Shown: positions 1 through 13,242 of the stretch, piece after piece
Layout: every line of letters begins with the position of its first letter
How positions within the stretch are numbered: the stretch's first letter is position 1
Translations under genes and position numbers: made by a program
Assembly (NCBI GenBank): GCA_951406725.2
Contig: OX597814.1
Coordinates: 215,078,001-215,142,000, forward strand
Direction: 5' to 3'
Length of the DNA stretch: 64,000 nt
Source: Octopus vulgaris
Taxonomy: Eukaryota
Notes under the pieces: model-generated
What the model was told of the DNA's origin: nothing
What the model saw: only the letters and a program-made list of their open reading frames with translations
Databases searched by the model: none

Positions 1-600
1 TCGTCGAGCTATTGCCAAATTTTTATATTTGATATCCTCTTTACGCTGTCAGGTGGATGAACACTCCCTGGTGACTTATTTGTCGAATGTCAGTCAATCC
101 GGGAGATTGTTTACTCATGACAATTGAAAGGTTGACAGAGTATATGGTCAAAGTATTCATTTGCAGCTTGGACAGTGTTTAGCAGAATAGGAGGATTAAC
201 CAATTGGTCTAGAATGTGTGCATCAGTCTTGCAGGCCTGGAGCCACAGCATATAGCGTCACCGCTACAACTAGAATCTGCTTACTTTATGCCATTTCATA
301 GTGCTTGATAGCCATGTCACGCAGTTCTACGAAGACTAGTGATCTTGGCCGCATTGGTGTATTGCAGCCTATATCCAACCTAAGGTGGATATGGGCTTCA
401 ACACAACAATCTGTCGCTCTGGCATCCACAGTAGATGTAGACACCCTAAAAGACTACAATCATATATGATCCATGCAGAATTTGCATAAGGATATAACTA
501 AATGCCATAACATACTTTATTCAGTGGGCTACCGATTTTGCCACTCATTACGTGCTCCTATCAAGCACTGAAGCAAATACTGTGTATTAAATGCGTTGGA
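1..600 (+). mobile_element. possible old LINE 3' end
   Basis: GC-richer than its flanks, with an RC..DE....LFVEC zinc-knuckle-like remnant and no intact ORF. Confidence 0.25.
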
Positions 601-983
601 TACTCTAATAATTCAAATAAATATAGGTCAAGCCTTAAATATGAGATTAATATATCGATCCTACAACTTTAACATTATTCCTTATTCATTTGTAACAGAA
701 ATATAAATATTCAAGAGCTGGAATGTTAATCCTCATTTATGTCTTCAATTTTACCCAACAACAGTAATTTGGTCCTACAACTATTTACATATGTTGATCC
801 TTAATGCATTTATTAGATACAAATAGGTTTAGTAAAACGCATCTTTTAGATCAATTATTAAATTAGTTAATCATTAGACAAATATACTTCACCTTTGTTC
901 ATTAAATTTTTATTTACAGAAGCGTTTGAACAATTTCCTTTTAAATTTCCTTTTTTTGTTTGGTTTCTGGTTTCGTTATACAG

Positions 984-1199
984 TGCTGTGAACAATGGAG
1001 TGCTTGATACATATCAGCTCAAGTCCTTGGATGGCATTGCAGAAGCTTTCCTTTCTGACGAAACTAAGCTGATGTCAAAGAATGGAAAATACCAGTTGGT
1101 TACAGACGACGAGTTTTTTGATAATTTTGCGTTTCGGGAATCCTATGATGTTATTATAAGATGTTTAGGATTCACTTTTGATGATGAACTATTTTACAA
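984..1199 (+). CDS. FOXRED2: FOXRED2 (FAD-dependent oxidoreductase domain-containing 2) internal coding exon; gene is 5'-partial in this window
   Basis: Encodes AVNNGVLDTYQLKSLDG...DNFAFRESYDVIIRCLGFTFD, matching recalled human AINNGLLDTYQLKSLDG...[21 protein letters not shown]. Acceptor tatacAG at 982-983, donor GTaagc at 1200. Phase 2 at both ends. Confidence 0.93.
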
Positions 1200-2127
1200 G
1201 TAAGCATTATCTATTTATTAAAGCCTGAACTTTTTCCTCAAAAGTGTATATTTAACTTTATTTTAACTGTGAGTTATACTAAAACAAACTGCAAATAAAA
1301 ATGTCTACCAAGAAACAAAATTTGGATATTTATAACTTATGCCTTCAAGACCTGTGTTGATACAATATAGTGTGCAGTCAACCTGAGTTACATTATTTAA
1401 AATTATTTTAACTATAAGGCTAGTATTTTTGTTTGAATATCAAAGTAAGGCAATATAAAATAATGTAAACTTAGATTAAACGAAATAAGAAAAAAGTCAA
1501 ACATGTCATATATTATTACATTTATTTGTTCGGATTAATGTTCTTATCTTGGTTGTTATTCTCACCGCATTTCGGCTGTTGTGGCTTCTGATTTTCTTTT
1601 GGTGCTTTATCATTATCGGTAACGTTCTCGGAATTTCAAATATAACATCTGAACCTTTTCAAAGGTTATTCTCATGTTGTTGTTTTTGTCTGGGTGGCTC
1701 AAGACAAACTAAAATCGGATCCTTCGTTTAGGAAACGTATCAGTACGCTCATAAAGATGTTGATGCCCTGTGTACAAGCATTATACTTCCAAATCAGGTC
1801 TGACCTATATTAGCAAGAAGGAGGCTTAGCTATAGATTTGCCATTATCCCCAGCAATGACAAATATATACACAGAATACTTTAAGATTGTATGATGCCAC
1901 TTAAGCCTGAAATATGGCTGAGATACCTATCAGACCTCTTCATACTCTGAAATCACCTGTAGGGTAGGGGAATAAAAGATTCCAAAATGTTACTGAATAC
2001 ATCAAGTACCTGAGGGCGGAAGGTTAAAACAACCGAAAATTTTTATGACTATAGTAACCACAATGCGAACACCAGTCTATATAAATCAATATACAGCAAC
2101 AATAAAACTCCATCTCAAAAACATATT

Positions 2128-2195
<68 letters not shown>

Positions 2196-3096
2196 AGCAA
2201 CAAAACAAGATAATTTTAAAATAAGATAAAGCAATACAAGATAATGAGATATTTATTTTTAAGAAACTAAGTAGCGTAAGAAATACAGCTGACTTGTATG
2301 TAATGCGGGGAAACACTTCAACTGAAGAATGTTTTACTATCTTTCGTTGCTAATCTCAAATCTTATCAGTGATATGGAAGAGTTAATGAAGAACCATTGT
2401 TAGTATGTCTACCCAACAAATTACAGCATTCACACTAAGTTGCCAGTGGTGACCCACTGAGTTACTGGGTAATACGAAAATCAGTATCAAATCTTGCCGT
2501 TTGCCTGTATTATTATTTTCAACATGAATTACCTAGACAATGGTTTGTTATCTTCAGTCATTGCTTCCTATGAAAGAAAATTATAGTTGTCGGGCTTCTT
2601 CAAAAGACATTGTCAATATAAGCAAAATGAACTTCTGAGCTATGCACTTAACTCTTTTTGCGACATGAATACAGTAGATAGATTATTTGAATACGTGTGC
2701 ATTTTTAGATGTATGAGTGCATAAATTATTCATTATATTCTGAAAATATATTTTGGTAAGTAAATATACTGACAAGATATCAAGTTTAAAGTGCTCGATG
2801 ATTCAGAAATTGACAACATATTCCTTGGAGTAATTTACCACATTTTTTTTTATTGATCATTGTAATCTGATAGCCGTTTATTAACAAAAAGTCTTAGCAC
2901 ATTGTTGGAACAGAATCAATGACGTTGTGAATGGATGGCTCAAGATGCGTATTTTAAATTTAATTTTTATCATAATAGGCATTTTCTCTCCTGAAACTTC
3001 AGAATTCATAAACTATTAAAAGTACTTGCTTATGTGTATACAAAGTTTGCTTTTATATGAATATAATATCAAGTTAATATATTATTAACTTATTGG

Positions 3097-3302
3097 GTGG
3101 AGCTGGCAGAATCATTAGCACGCCGGACAAAATGCTTAGCGGCATTTCGTCCGTCTTTACGTTCTTAGTTTACATTCCGCCGTGGTTGACTTTGCCTTTC
3201 ATCCTTTCGGGTTCGATAAAATAAGTTCCATTTGAACACTGGGGTCGGTGTGACCGACTAAACCCCTTCCCTGAATTGCAGGCCTTGTGCCAATATTTGA
3301 AA
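3097..3302 (+). mobile_element. SINE family B (B1 tail)
   Basis: Same head and body with tail ...GGCCTTGTGCCA. Further B copies at about 11200-11396, 11890-12073, 17510-17700, 24100-24450, 30638-30750, 55560-55710, 56191-56333, 61005-61215, 61912-62086 and 62808-63043. Confidence 0.75.
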
Positions 3303-4051
3303 CGTCTATTTTTCTATGTTACCTTCTTCAATGACTTAAACCTCATTTACAATGAGCTATGGAACCTAAGATTTTTTATGTTAATCCTTTCCCGATAGAG
3401 ACTATTCATAAAACCAATTACTAATTCCGGTTTTTATTGTGTTAGGTGATTGAGAGATAAAAAAAACTATCCCCTCGGATAGGACATTAGATAATTAATT
3501 GTATGTAGCTACTCTTTCTAAAAGAATTGAATTTTATGCAGCAAGCCAACGTAGCACATTCTGCAATTACCTAAAAATAAAGTATAGCTGCTGGAGTAGG
3601 ATTAGGGTCTAGTAATTATTTTTCCAGTTTAATCTATAATCAATGCTGGTAAATTTAAAGATCCTAGATGTAATCGGACAGGGAAAGATCGCCAAGGCAT
3701 ACAACACATCCAGCTTACGTCTTCACCACTTAACGAGCACCATCTCTCTTTCTAATGTATAAACTCATGCGCGTGAGTATGTTTGCATGTGTGTTTATGT
3801 GCGTATACACACACACACACACATATATATATATAATCTTCGCATGTGTGCGTATACATATATATATATATTTCTTGGAATATATATATATATATATATT
3901 CCAAGAAAGTTAGAGGTTGTGAATCCAACCAACTAAGGGATAATATCTATCCAATATACTGCTGGTAGAATACCCCAAAATATATAAATTGACATAATAT
4001 GATGTCTAAAAGTTGAGGAACCACCTATTGATCCCCTTCATTTTCTTATTG

Positions 4052-4135
<84 letters not shown>

Positions 4136-4988
4136 GTGAGTGTATACACACACATATACGTGTACATACAGGCACATTCATACACATGATAGCTTATATC
4201 CAGGTGCGGATATTTGTGTCTATATATGTGTATTTATATTTGTACACGCAGACGCACGCGCCCACACACATACACATAAACTGGCTCTCCGGTGGTACGA
4301 CGACAGGAATTTCAGTCGATCCAATCAACGGAACAGACTGCTCGTGAAATTAACATGAAAGTGGCTGAGCACTCCATAGACACGTACTTTGCACTTTGTT
4401 TTTTTTTTAAACATGTGATATAAATTTGCTGTCGTCAATCTACATTACATAACGTCTGCAACGTGGAAAATAAACAAATATAGATACTGCTTTTTAGTCA
4501 CCTCGTAATAAAACGATTACCTTGACCATGTTTCAGAACTTGTTGACCGTACCACCCTTCAGAGAATAAATATCCGTCTCTCTTTATTACTACGAAGTGA
4601 ACTTTTATTAGGAATCGCTATTTAAATCAGACACAAACCAGAATGTAGTCGTAATGGCTGACATCGTGACTAAATGATAAATAATCAAAACTTCGTCAGC
4701 GTGTAATAGATAAATATGTTGTTAGCCTACAGTTTATAAAGCTTACGATGCTGACTGCAATAAAAAAATAAATGCACCTAAAGAGTGACCAACGAAACAT
4801 GTCAGAATGCTATCCTTAATTTTGCATATTCACAGAGACCGAACATATTTATTTACTCTTGTATAGGTTAATACAGCATAATTGCTATAAACTGTAAGCT
4901 ACGTTATCTATATGTGTGTGCGTATGTGCAAGTGTATATATATGTATGTATGCATATAATGTATACACACATATTGTATGTATGTGTA

Positions 4989-5026
<38 letters not shown>

Positions 5027-5030
<4 letters not shown>

Positions 5031-5260
5031 TAATCCAAACAAGAAAGCACAAAAATCACAACAACGCGAGGACGTGGAACAAATATAGTATTATTGGACG
5101 CTCAGGAAAAAAGGAAAGAAGGAGGGTTTAACGTTTCGAGCGGAGCTCTTCGTCGGAAACATAGGAGAAGGAAAGATCCAGAGAAGGAAAGATCCAGAGA
5201 AGGGAAGACAGAGGGAAAAAATCGCCAACGGTACACTCGAGGTCACATTTTGGAATCATA
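5027..5260 (-). mobile_element. Penelope-like terminal-repeat-derived element in (TA)n/(CA)n
   Basis: A near-identical inverted copy lies at 9266-9445. Contains the hammerhead-like core CCGACGAAGAGCTCCGCTCGAAACGTT. Confidence 0.55.
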
Positions 5261-5344
<84 letters not shown>

Positions 5345-8186
5345 TATGCTTGTATAGTTGTATACCTATGTGTATATATGCACACACATACATATGATGT
5401 ACGCTTATATTTCCTCGTATATATTTTTGTATATATCAATAAGTATATATTGAGCTATATAGAAATGAACATGCCACTTTTGTTGTCAGAACAGTAATCA
5501 CAACTATCTGTGAATAAAGAAAAAATATTTTCTTGTAGTAGAACTAATTCTTTCTTTTGTGGCTTTTTTCTTTATTGAAGATATTTACTCTCTTACAATA
5601 TCACTTGTTTCGGTCATTTGGTTGCGCTCATACGAGGATAGCTCATTGAAGAATCATACGTGCCATGTCGATCACAGTACTTACTTTTTCGTTAAGTCTG
5701 GCACTTCAGTGAATTATATTTATCCCAGACACTGTTTTTTTATCAAGTGTTGACAAGTTTAAAATCAGACGTAGATAGACACATAAAAGCACTTCCACAC
5801 TGACACATTTATACACACATTCAGACACATTTATACACACATTCAGTCACACACACACACACACACACACACATATGTATACACACATCCACACAGACAC
5901 AACAGGTTTCTGAATAGCTACCAATTCTAATCACCACACGTTAGTCGGTCCAAGTTTATAGTAGCAGATGTTTACTATGCAGTGACACTAAACTGGGTTT
6001 CATCTGGATGTGAAGCAAACTTCATCACACAGCCATACCTTCGCATTGCAGAATATTCCGTATCTACTTAAATTCTATTCAAGGCACGTTGGTAACTCCA
6101 GGGGGATCACTAGCAACACCGCCCCTACCATCATTATCATCATCATGTTTACGTTCGATATTTTCAATGCTTGATTAAATTGGATGTGTTTTCAGCACAG
6201 ACTCTCACCATATGCAGTGTTATTTTGTCATATTTGTGAAGCTGAGTCTCTTGAAATCAGCCATCACTGTTTATTCTGCACGATTTTTCCATCACTTCTT
6301 CATTTATTGCATGTCCGCACCAGTGGGGTAATCTTTCTTACTCAGTCTTTTTCAAGCCAGTCTTTTTCAAAGGCCTTCTCCAGCTCGACGAATGTTAGGA
6401 ACAGTGACTTGCTCTTAGTTAGGAGCCTGTCCTATAGTTGCCTCACCCAGAAGACGTCGGTGGTGGCATCTTCAAGCTGCATTAAATTTAAGTTAATTAT
6501 CTTCACTTGTTCTATAATTGCTTCTGTTATTTCTCACAACAATCCATAAATTTAAGCACCAATATTAATTATATTTTGAACATCAATATTAATTATATAA
6601 AAATTGAATATGGTATGAGTGATTAACTCAATTTTCACAACAAAAATAATCTTTGGAAAAGAGAGGGATGAAGTTATTTAGCAATTTAAACATAATATGC
6701 TCAAAGAATTTTGATAAAATGTTTTAAAAGTTACAAGATCAAAGATAAGAGAAAATAAGCTGACAAAGGCTGAACCATCAATTCTGTTATAATGATATTG
6801 GCTTTAAACTGATGCTAACAATGAGTGGGCGGAAACAGAACACCGGAAAGAATCCCATTTTATACAATTTTCCTAAATCACAGGATATGCATCCTTGTAA
6901 ATGGACTTAGATGTAGATATCAGTTAAAAGTTTAGATTAATATTGAAAATATCGATAGAAATGTTGTGTGATGTTGAAAGTATTTAACAGAAGGTTGAAG
7001 CAAGAAGATATTATTGGATAGCTGACGGACGATTTTAGAATGCCTGTTACTATGGTGAGTAAGGAGATAAGGGACGATAGCTATGACATTTGAAGAGGCC
7101 TCGAGACTAGTGAAGCTAAAATGTTTAGAGTTCTTGAATATTAGTTTGTCTATGCATGCAGGAAAAACACGCGCGGTGTGTCAATTCCAGAAGTCTGCAA
7201 TTCTGAAGAGAAAGGAATAGGGTAAAAGTGCTTTGTTGGAAAGACGTAAAACAGGTAGAGTAACGAGTGGAGAAGCAAAGGGTGAGTTTAGTCATTTTGT
7301 GAGGAGAGAGTGTGTTAATAGCTACTTCAACAATGCTGAGTTGGTCATTATAGCGATAGAAGAAGCAAAAGGAAGGAACAAGCCGTCTCGGTCGAAGGAA
7401 CTTTCGGATTCGCTCTCAGATGTTTTTATGTGTAGCACACGTATATATGTGTAATAATGCGACTTCTGAACTCTTTAGAAGTTCAGCAGGGGTTTAGAGT
7501 TGAAGAAGAATCCGAAATTTTATGATGATGTTTTGGGCAATATATAAGCTTACTATGACATATCAAAGGTTGTTATTGTTAATTTTTTTCATCAGATGAA
7601 ACTGAGAGAAGTTGGGGACTTAAATTTAAGAGCTATTTCGGTTAATAAAACTATAACAGAAGTTAATGAATGATCAGAACTTAGTCTTTATCCAACAAAA
7701 TATAGAATTTCTTACACATTATGTATTGTAAAATTATATAATATGTAAGAAAATATGAAGGTTATCTTTTTTTAATTTATCATTTTCATGTATAAATAAA
7801 ACCTTAATATTAATTTGTATATTGTGGTTAGTATTAGAGACCAAATAGTAAGTTACCAGTAACATGTGTTTATTACACAATTTTGATTCGTTTTTGAAAG
7901 CATCTTTTCAGTTGCACAGCTAATATCCAATGGTAGAGCAACGATTCCTCACTTTCCCTTTCCTTTCTTCTGAAATTTTAGGTCTTTATGCTTAGAGACA
8001 ATAAGTAATCATTTGTGTACTGATAAATCAATCGATTAAGATACAGCTACATTAGCTACTGTTTTTGCCAATCAAGCTGTGTCACTCCCAAAGGTAACTA
8101 ATTAGCACAAACTTGTGTTATGCTCCGTTTTATGTTGGTAAAAGAAAGTACTTACGTTTCTTCTTTATATTACTTCCCTTCTCTAG

Positions 8187-8353
8187 TACCACTCAACCGA
8201 GGCGTGGCACAGGTAAACTCAGGAAATTTCCAGAAATTTCACCTGTTTATGAGTCCACGAATATTCCTGGAATGTATTTTACCGGTACAATAACTCATTC
8301 TTTGGATTTCCGCATGAGTGCTGGCGGGTTCATTCATGGTTTCCGTTACACTG
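8187..8353 (+). CDS. FOXRED2: FOXRED2 coding exon
   Basis: Encodes KFPEISPVYESTNIPGMYFTGTITHSLDFRMSAGGFIHGFRYT (hallmark SAGGFIHGFRY). Acceptor ctctAG, donor GTgagt at 8354. Phase joins the previous exon (AA+T = Asn). Confidence 0.95.
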
Positions 8354-8704
8354 GTGAGTTGAATAATTTCTTTTATCGATGAATTTTAGACTCATTTATT
8401 CTACTCAAATATTTGACAATATATTGTCAGACAAATGTCACATGTCTTCATTATCTGCTTGAATTTAATGTAATCAGCAGTATTTATCGTAAGGAGATTA
8501 GACTTACTGAAGTTTTGACATGCAAAAAAAACAAAACAAACAAACAAACAAAAGATTTTCCCCCGGGGATTCCCGGAGGTTTCATGCAATTCCAAGAATA
8601 TTAATAACAAAGCAATGAAGTGAAAGAATTCTTTTCAAGAATAGCATAGAAATTGATACATTTATGTATTTGTTATGCAAAATTCCTCATGTGAAATCGT
8701 GTTA

Positions 8705-9012
8705 TTTTTGCCGAATAGCAACGCACAATATATATTCGTTCTTCACTTCAGCTTTTTTTATTATTCTTATTTTAGTTTTCTTTATCTGAGATATTTCTTC
8801 ACACATCCTGTGACCGCTTCAGTGACTCTCCATCTCACGTGTCTCTTCCTGTCTTGTTTAGTCCATTCTGTCTTTGCGACAAAATGGACTAAACGCTGAG
8901 GAGGTCACAGGATGTGTAAGGAAAGATTTCAGACAAAGGACACTAAAACAGGAATAATAATAAAGCTGAACTGAAGAACGAATATATATTACGTGTTGTT
9001 ATTTGGTAAAAA
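8705..9012. repeat. ~115-bp imperfect inverted repeat (foldback/MITE-like)
   Basis: Arms at 8705-8823 and 8896-9012 (e.g. TATATTCGTTCTTCACTTCAGCTT vs AAGCTGAACTGAAGAACGAATATA), with an inner hairpin GTTTAGTCCATT/AATGGACTAAAC. Confidence 0.8.
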
Positions 9013-9191
9013 AAAGAAATGAAATTGGCCATCCCGAAATAGAAGAACGTAGAAATTGAAAATTATACTTAGTCTTTCCATAATGCTGATCATTTGATAA
9101 ATATAGCCTGTTTGTTGTCGTATGATCAAAACAATTATTTATGTGTGTGTGTGTGCATATATACACATAGGTATACAACTATACAAGCATA

Positions 9192-9265
<74 letters not shown>

Positions 9266-9445
9266 ATTATGCTTCCAAAATGTGACCTCGAGTGTACCGT
9301 TGGCGATTTTTTCCCTCTGTCTTCCCTTCTCTGGATCTTTCCTTCTCTGGATCTTTCCTTCTCCTATGTTTCCGACGAAGAGCTCCGCTCGAAACGTTTA
9401 ACCCTCCTTCTTTCCTTCTTTCCTGAGCGTCCAATAATACTATAT
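9266..9445 (+). mobile_element. second copy of the same element
   Basis: Reverse complement of 5085-5260. Confidence 0.6.
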
Positions 9446-9606
9446 GTATTTACTTCAAAGTAGACTCATTTGGGGTCTATTTCTATTGTTGTGACATATG
9501 TAAAAACTGACCTCAACTCCTCAAACTAAACAATTTTTCGTCTGTATTACAATGCTAGCATTTTGGTATTTAGTGTTTCCTTATCCCTAGTGATTATTTA
9601 TGGATT

Positions 9607-9825
9607 AATAAAAATATAAATGCGCCCTTTTAAAGCCTAGGCAGGTTCGTGGGCCCGGTTTCCCGGTTTCAATGGCGTATGTGTTCCCCAACTGGACGGA
9701 AAGCCAGTCCATCGCAGCGTTACTCATTTTTACCAGAACACAACACGTCGCTCGATCCAGGAATCGAAACCACAATCTTACGATCATGATGCTGACACCC
9801 TAACCACTAAGCCACGCGCCTCCAC
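9607..9825 (-). mobile_element. SINE family C (tail X, internally deleted)
   Basis: Collinear with 41381-41632. Confidence 0.78.
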
Positions 9826-10559
9826 TATCTATGGATTGGGTTCACTTAAATATCTTGGCCATGTGCCCAAAGTTATGTCAGCGAGATGGTATGAATTATC
9901 GGTCTCTTAGTTAACTACCTTCGACCTATGTACATATGATTAATCTTTTTGAAAATATAGAAGTTGTATCGGTTAGACTTTTGATTAAAAAACTGAAAGT
10001 AATGAGCAAGACTATTGCATTAAAAAACAACTAACTCTTTAACAAATAATGTTTACCTATACGTACGAGTTTAAATAAAAGAGAGTAAAGAATGACTTCA
10101 CGTTTCTAACGTGGGAGGTTGGCATTTGAGAGGATTCCAGCTTTAAAACAAAAACAAAAAATAAGCGCAATGCAAATATAAATTGTTTAATTTGCAGATA
10201 CATGCAATTAATGCTCAAATGGAAAGCCATTTAAGAGATAAATTAGAATTGCCATTCCTACTCATTTTGAAATTCTTTTTTTTGTGTGTGTGTGATGATA
10301 ATGATGACGACGACGATGACGACAACGACGATGATGATAATGATGATGATGATGACGATTGTTATTATCTGCATAAAATGTGTAGGAGTAGACTGTTGGA
10401 AAAGCAGAATGCTATATTTTGCCTTCAGATTTACAGATTTAAAAAGAAAATACTTTTGTTTAGGATATAGTTAGAGTCTGTCTTTTAAAAATGGCAGATT
10501 TTATTTTTATAGTGTTGAAATATATTATATTTGTAGTTGTCTAGGGTAAAAGGAGAGTC

Positions 10560-10974
10560 GGATCTTTTCGGTTTGAACGGCAGTTTTTTCTAGCGGTGTC
10601 ATAAGGAATTGTCACCCATAATTATGACCCTAGAATCGATCTATTGCATTTCAATCTCTTTTAGGGTTAGGGGTGGGGGAAGGGTATCTTTTTTGCTTCA
10701 CAAATGTAAATAAACCCAATCTGTTTCTTAAACGAGGGACATATTCATACGGCACAGAATGTTTGTTTTTTTACCTCAATAGACGTAATTGATTGGTTGA
10801 AATTGCAGAAATTGAAGAAGAAAAACAACAAATATCTTACAAATTATAGAATTTTCTCAATAAAGCCAAGAGAAAAAGATGCTTTATAAACACATTCTAC
10901 CAGTATACGAAGTTTAAAATTTTTTAGTTACCTAGAAATTATGTTAAAAACTGCCGTTCAAACCGAAAATATCC
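10560..10974. mobile_element. MITE with ~29-bp TIRs and 8-bp TSD (Merlin-like)
   Basis: TIRs GGATCTTTTCGGTTTGAACGGCAGTTTTT / AAAAACTGCCGTTCAAACCGAAAATATCC. TSD GGAGAGTC / GGAAAGTC. Internal TTAGGGTTAGGG. Confidence 0.85.
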
Positions 10975-11161
10975 GGAAAGTCTGTAGAGAACTACGACTG
11001 TTATTGATATAATATTTATCATTCTCCTCTACATTTGTAAGATTTCTAACCTAAGTTCAAGGGACATGTAACTTATACATTTCGTCGGTTTATCAATTGG
11101 TTTTCGTTTTCATCAGCAAAGACAGTTATATAAAACCTGTTTTATAACCAAGTTCGTTTAC

Positions 11162-11194
<33 letters not shown>

Positions 11195-11422
11195 GTAATA
11201 ATCCTTTCTACTATAGGCACAAGGCCTGACATTTTTGGGGAGTCGACCCAGTGTTTCACTGGTACTTAATTTATCGACCCCAAAAGGATGAAAGGTAAAG
11301 TCGGCCTTGACAGAATTTAAACTCAGAACGTAAAGATAGACGAGATGCCGCTAAGCATTTTGCCCGGTGTGCTAACGATTCTGCCAGCTCGCCGCCTGAA
11401 TAACAACAACAACAATAACAAC

Positions 11423-11482
<60 letters not shown>

Positions 11483-11490
11483 AAGAAGAA

Positions 11491-11539
<49 letters not shown>

Positions 11540-12200
11540 ACTTCAGACAGAGATACTTTGGGGTTTCATAGTCCAATGTGATGTTGGAATCGTATATGGG
11601 AAACCTGATAATGTGCTGGTAGGCACAGGAGAACAATGGTGTCTGATTATAGATATCTCGTGTCTTGAAGACAGCAGAATCGTCGAAAAGAATAAAAGAA
11701 AAAAAACAAGTGACGAGATATGAATTTCTGATGAGAGAAACCAAAAAGCAATGGCCAATGAAGAGGTTGTGCACTGTGCCAATAATTGTTGGTGCCTTAG
11801 ATACAGTCTTCAAAAAATTGAAATGTGGTTCGAAAAGATGGGAATAAAAATGAGAGTAGAGTACAACCGGAAAACAGTATTACTTGGAAGTTCGTCTGTC
11901 GTTACGTTGTGAGTTCAAATTCCGCCGAGGTCAACTTTGCCTTTCATCCTTTCGGGGTCGATAAATTAAGTACCAGTTACGCACTGAGGTCGATGTAATC
12001 GACTTAATACCTATGCCTGTTCTTGTTTGTCCCCCTCCCCAGTATTTAGCTCCTTGTGGGTAATAAAGAAATAAGTATTACTTGGCAGTGCAAGTAGTCT
12101 TCGAGACTTGAAAAAAGCATTCCACTTTAGTGCACGGGAAGTGAACGGTTGGTACATTAATGGTGCATCCAACAATAAGCGGAGGATGTCAAATGTAATA
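11540..12200 (+). mobile_element. Dong/R4-like RLE LINE 3' remnant between (TAA)n tracts, interrupted by SINE-B
   Basis: Degenerate KPD..IIDIS...VPIIVGAL...KTVLLG restriction-like endonuclease C-terminus. The SINE insertion carries TSD AGTATTACTTGG (11876-11887 / 12074-12085). Confidence 0.6.
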
Positions 12201-12203
12201 ATG

Positions 12204-12254
<51 letters not shown>

Positions 12255-12255
12255 G

Positions 12256-12813
12256 TAAATGCCCTGATGCAGTACTAGGTAGTGGCTCTCATGGTTTTTG
12301 ATCTTAACTGATTGGAAGTGTTATCGTGTACATTGTTTTGTCTTGGTATAAAGACGGGTTACAGCAAATATTCTGCTCAATACCACAGATTTGCTTGTCA
12401 GTTGTTTGACCTTAACCAGTTGAGCATGTCCCTTAGTGGCTGACGATATGTGCATCTCTGATCACGAGCAGAAGTAGTGGGGGAGGATTATAGCCATGTG
12501 TTGAGAGGAATTCTTTGGGGTTTGAATAATTCACCTCAGGAAACTTGGGCGTTTTGTTCATCACCCTTAAACAAAATTTGTTCAGGGACCTCGTGAGCGG
12601 GATGAGCAACTCGTCCTGAAGAAAATTCTAACTGGGCCCCACCTGCAAGGTCATGCGCCGTTTATCTTGATGCAAGGTCACCATGTCACGTACATATGGT
12701 TGTGATGCATGTGTCTGGTGTACTCTTATAAGACGGGTGGTCATGATGGGTATATTGGGCTTCGTATATTTTACCCCTGTGTCACTTTGATGGCATGCAC
12801 TGCACTCTTACTC
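12256..12813. mobile_element. interspersed repeat embedded in (TAA)n
   Basis: About 560 bp of complex sequence bounded on both sides by (TAA)n. It resembles a recurrent octopus repeat from memory; only one copy is in the window. Confidence 0.4.
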
Positions 12814-12853
<40 letters not shown>

Positions 12854-13204
12854 GCAACAACAATCGCTTGGCAGGTAGTTATCTGGTCGATATCAAAGGG
12901 AGAATAAAAGTAATAATGGTAGCTGAAATTATGACTAATATTATAAATACCTTGTCATTCGGCTCAGAGATAGAAAAAAAAAAGAATGCATTTGGTTTGA
13001 TGAATAAAAGTATGAAAAATCAGAATCATAGAAACGATTAAAGTGACATTTGATAAAAATAAATACTTCCTGAACAAAGGTCAGACTTTCAGCCTCAAGT
13101 CACCCTTATGAAACGAAAACAGCATAAATGAACCCTAGCGACTTTGTGTGTGGGTGCGTGGGTGAGTGCGATCTTCATCCATTGTGTATTTTACAGCGAC
13201 ACTA

Positions 13205-13242
<38 letters not shown>

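Noticed and set aside
6900-7700. possible ancient L1-like endonuclease on minus
   Set aside because: Only faint motif remnants (TIVTG) are visible, too degenerate to call.
10660-10680. telomeric TTAGGG repeats
   Set aside because: Only two units, internal to a MITE.
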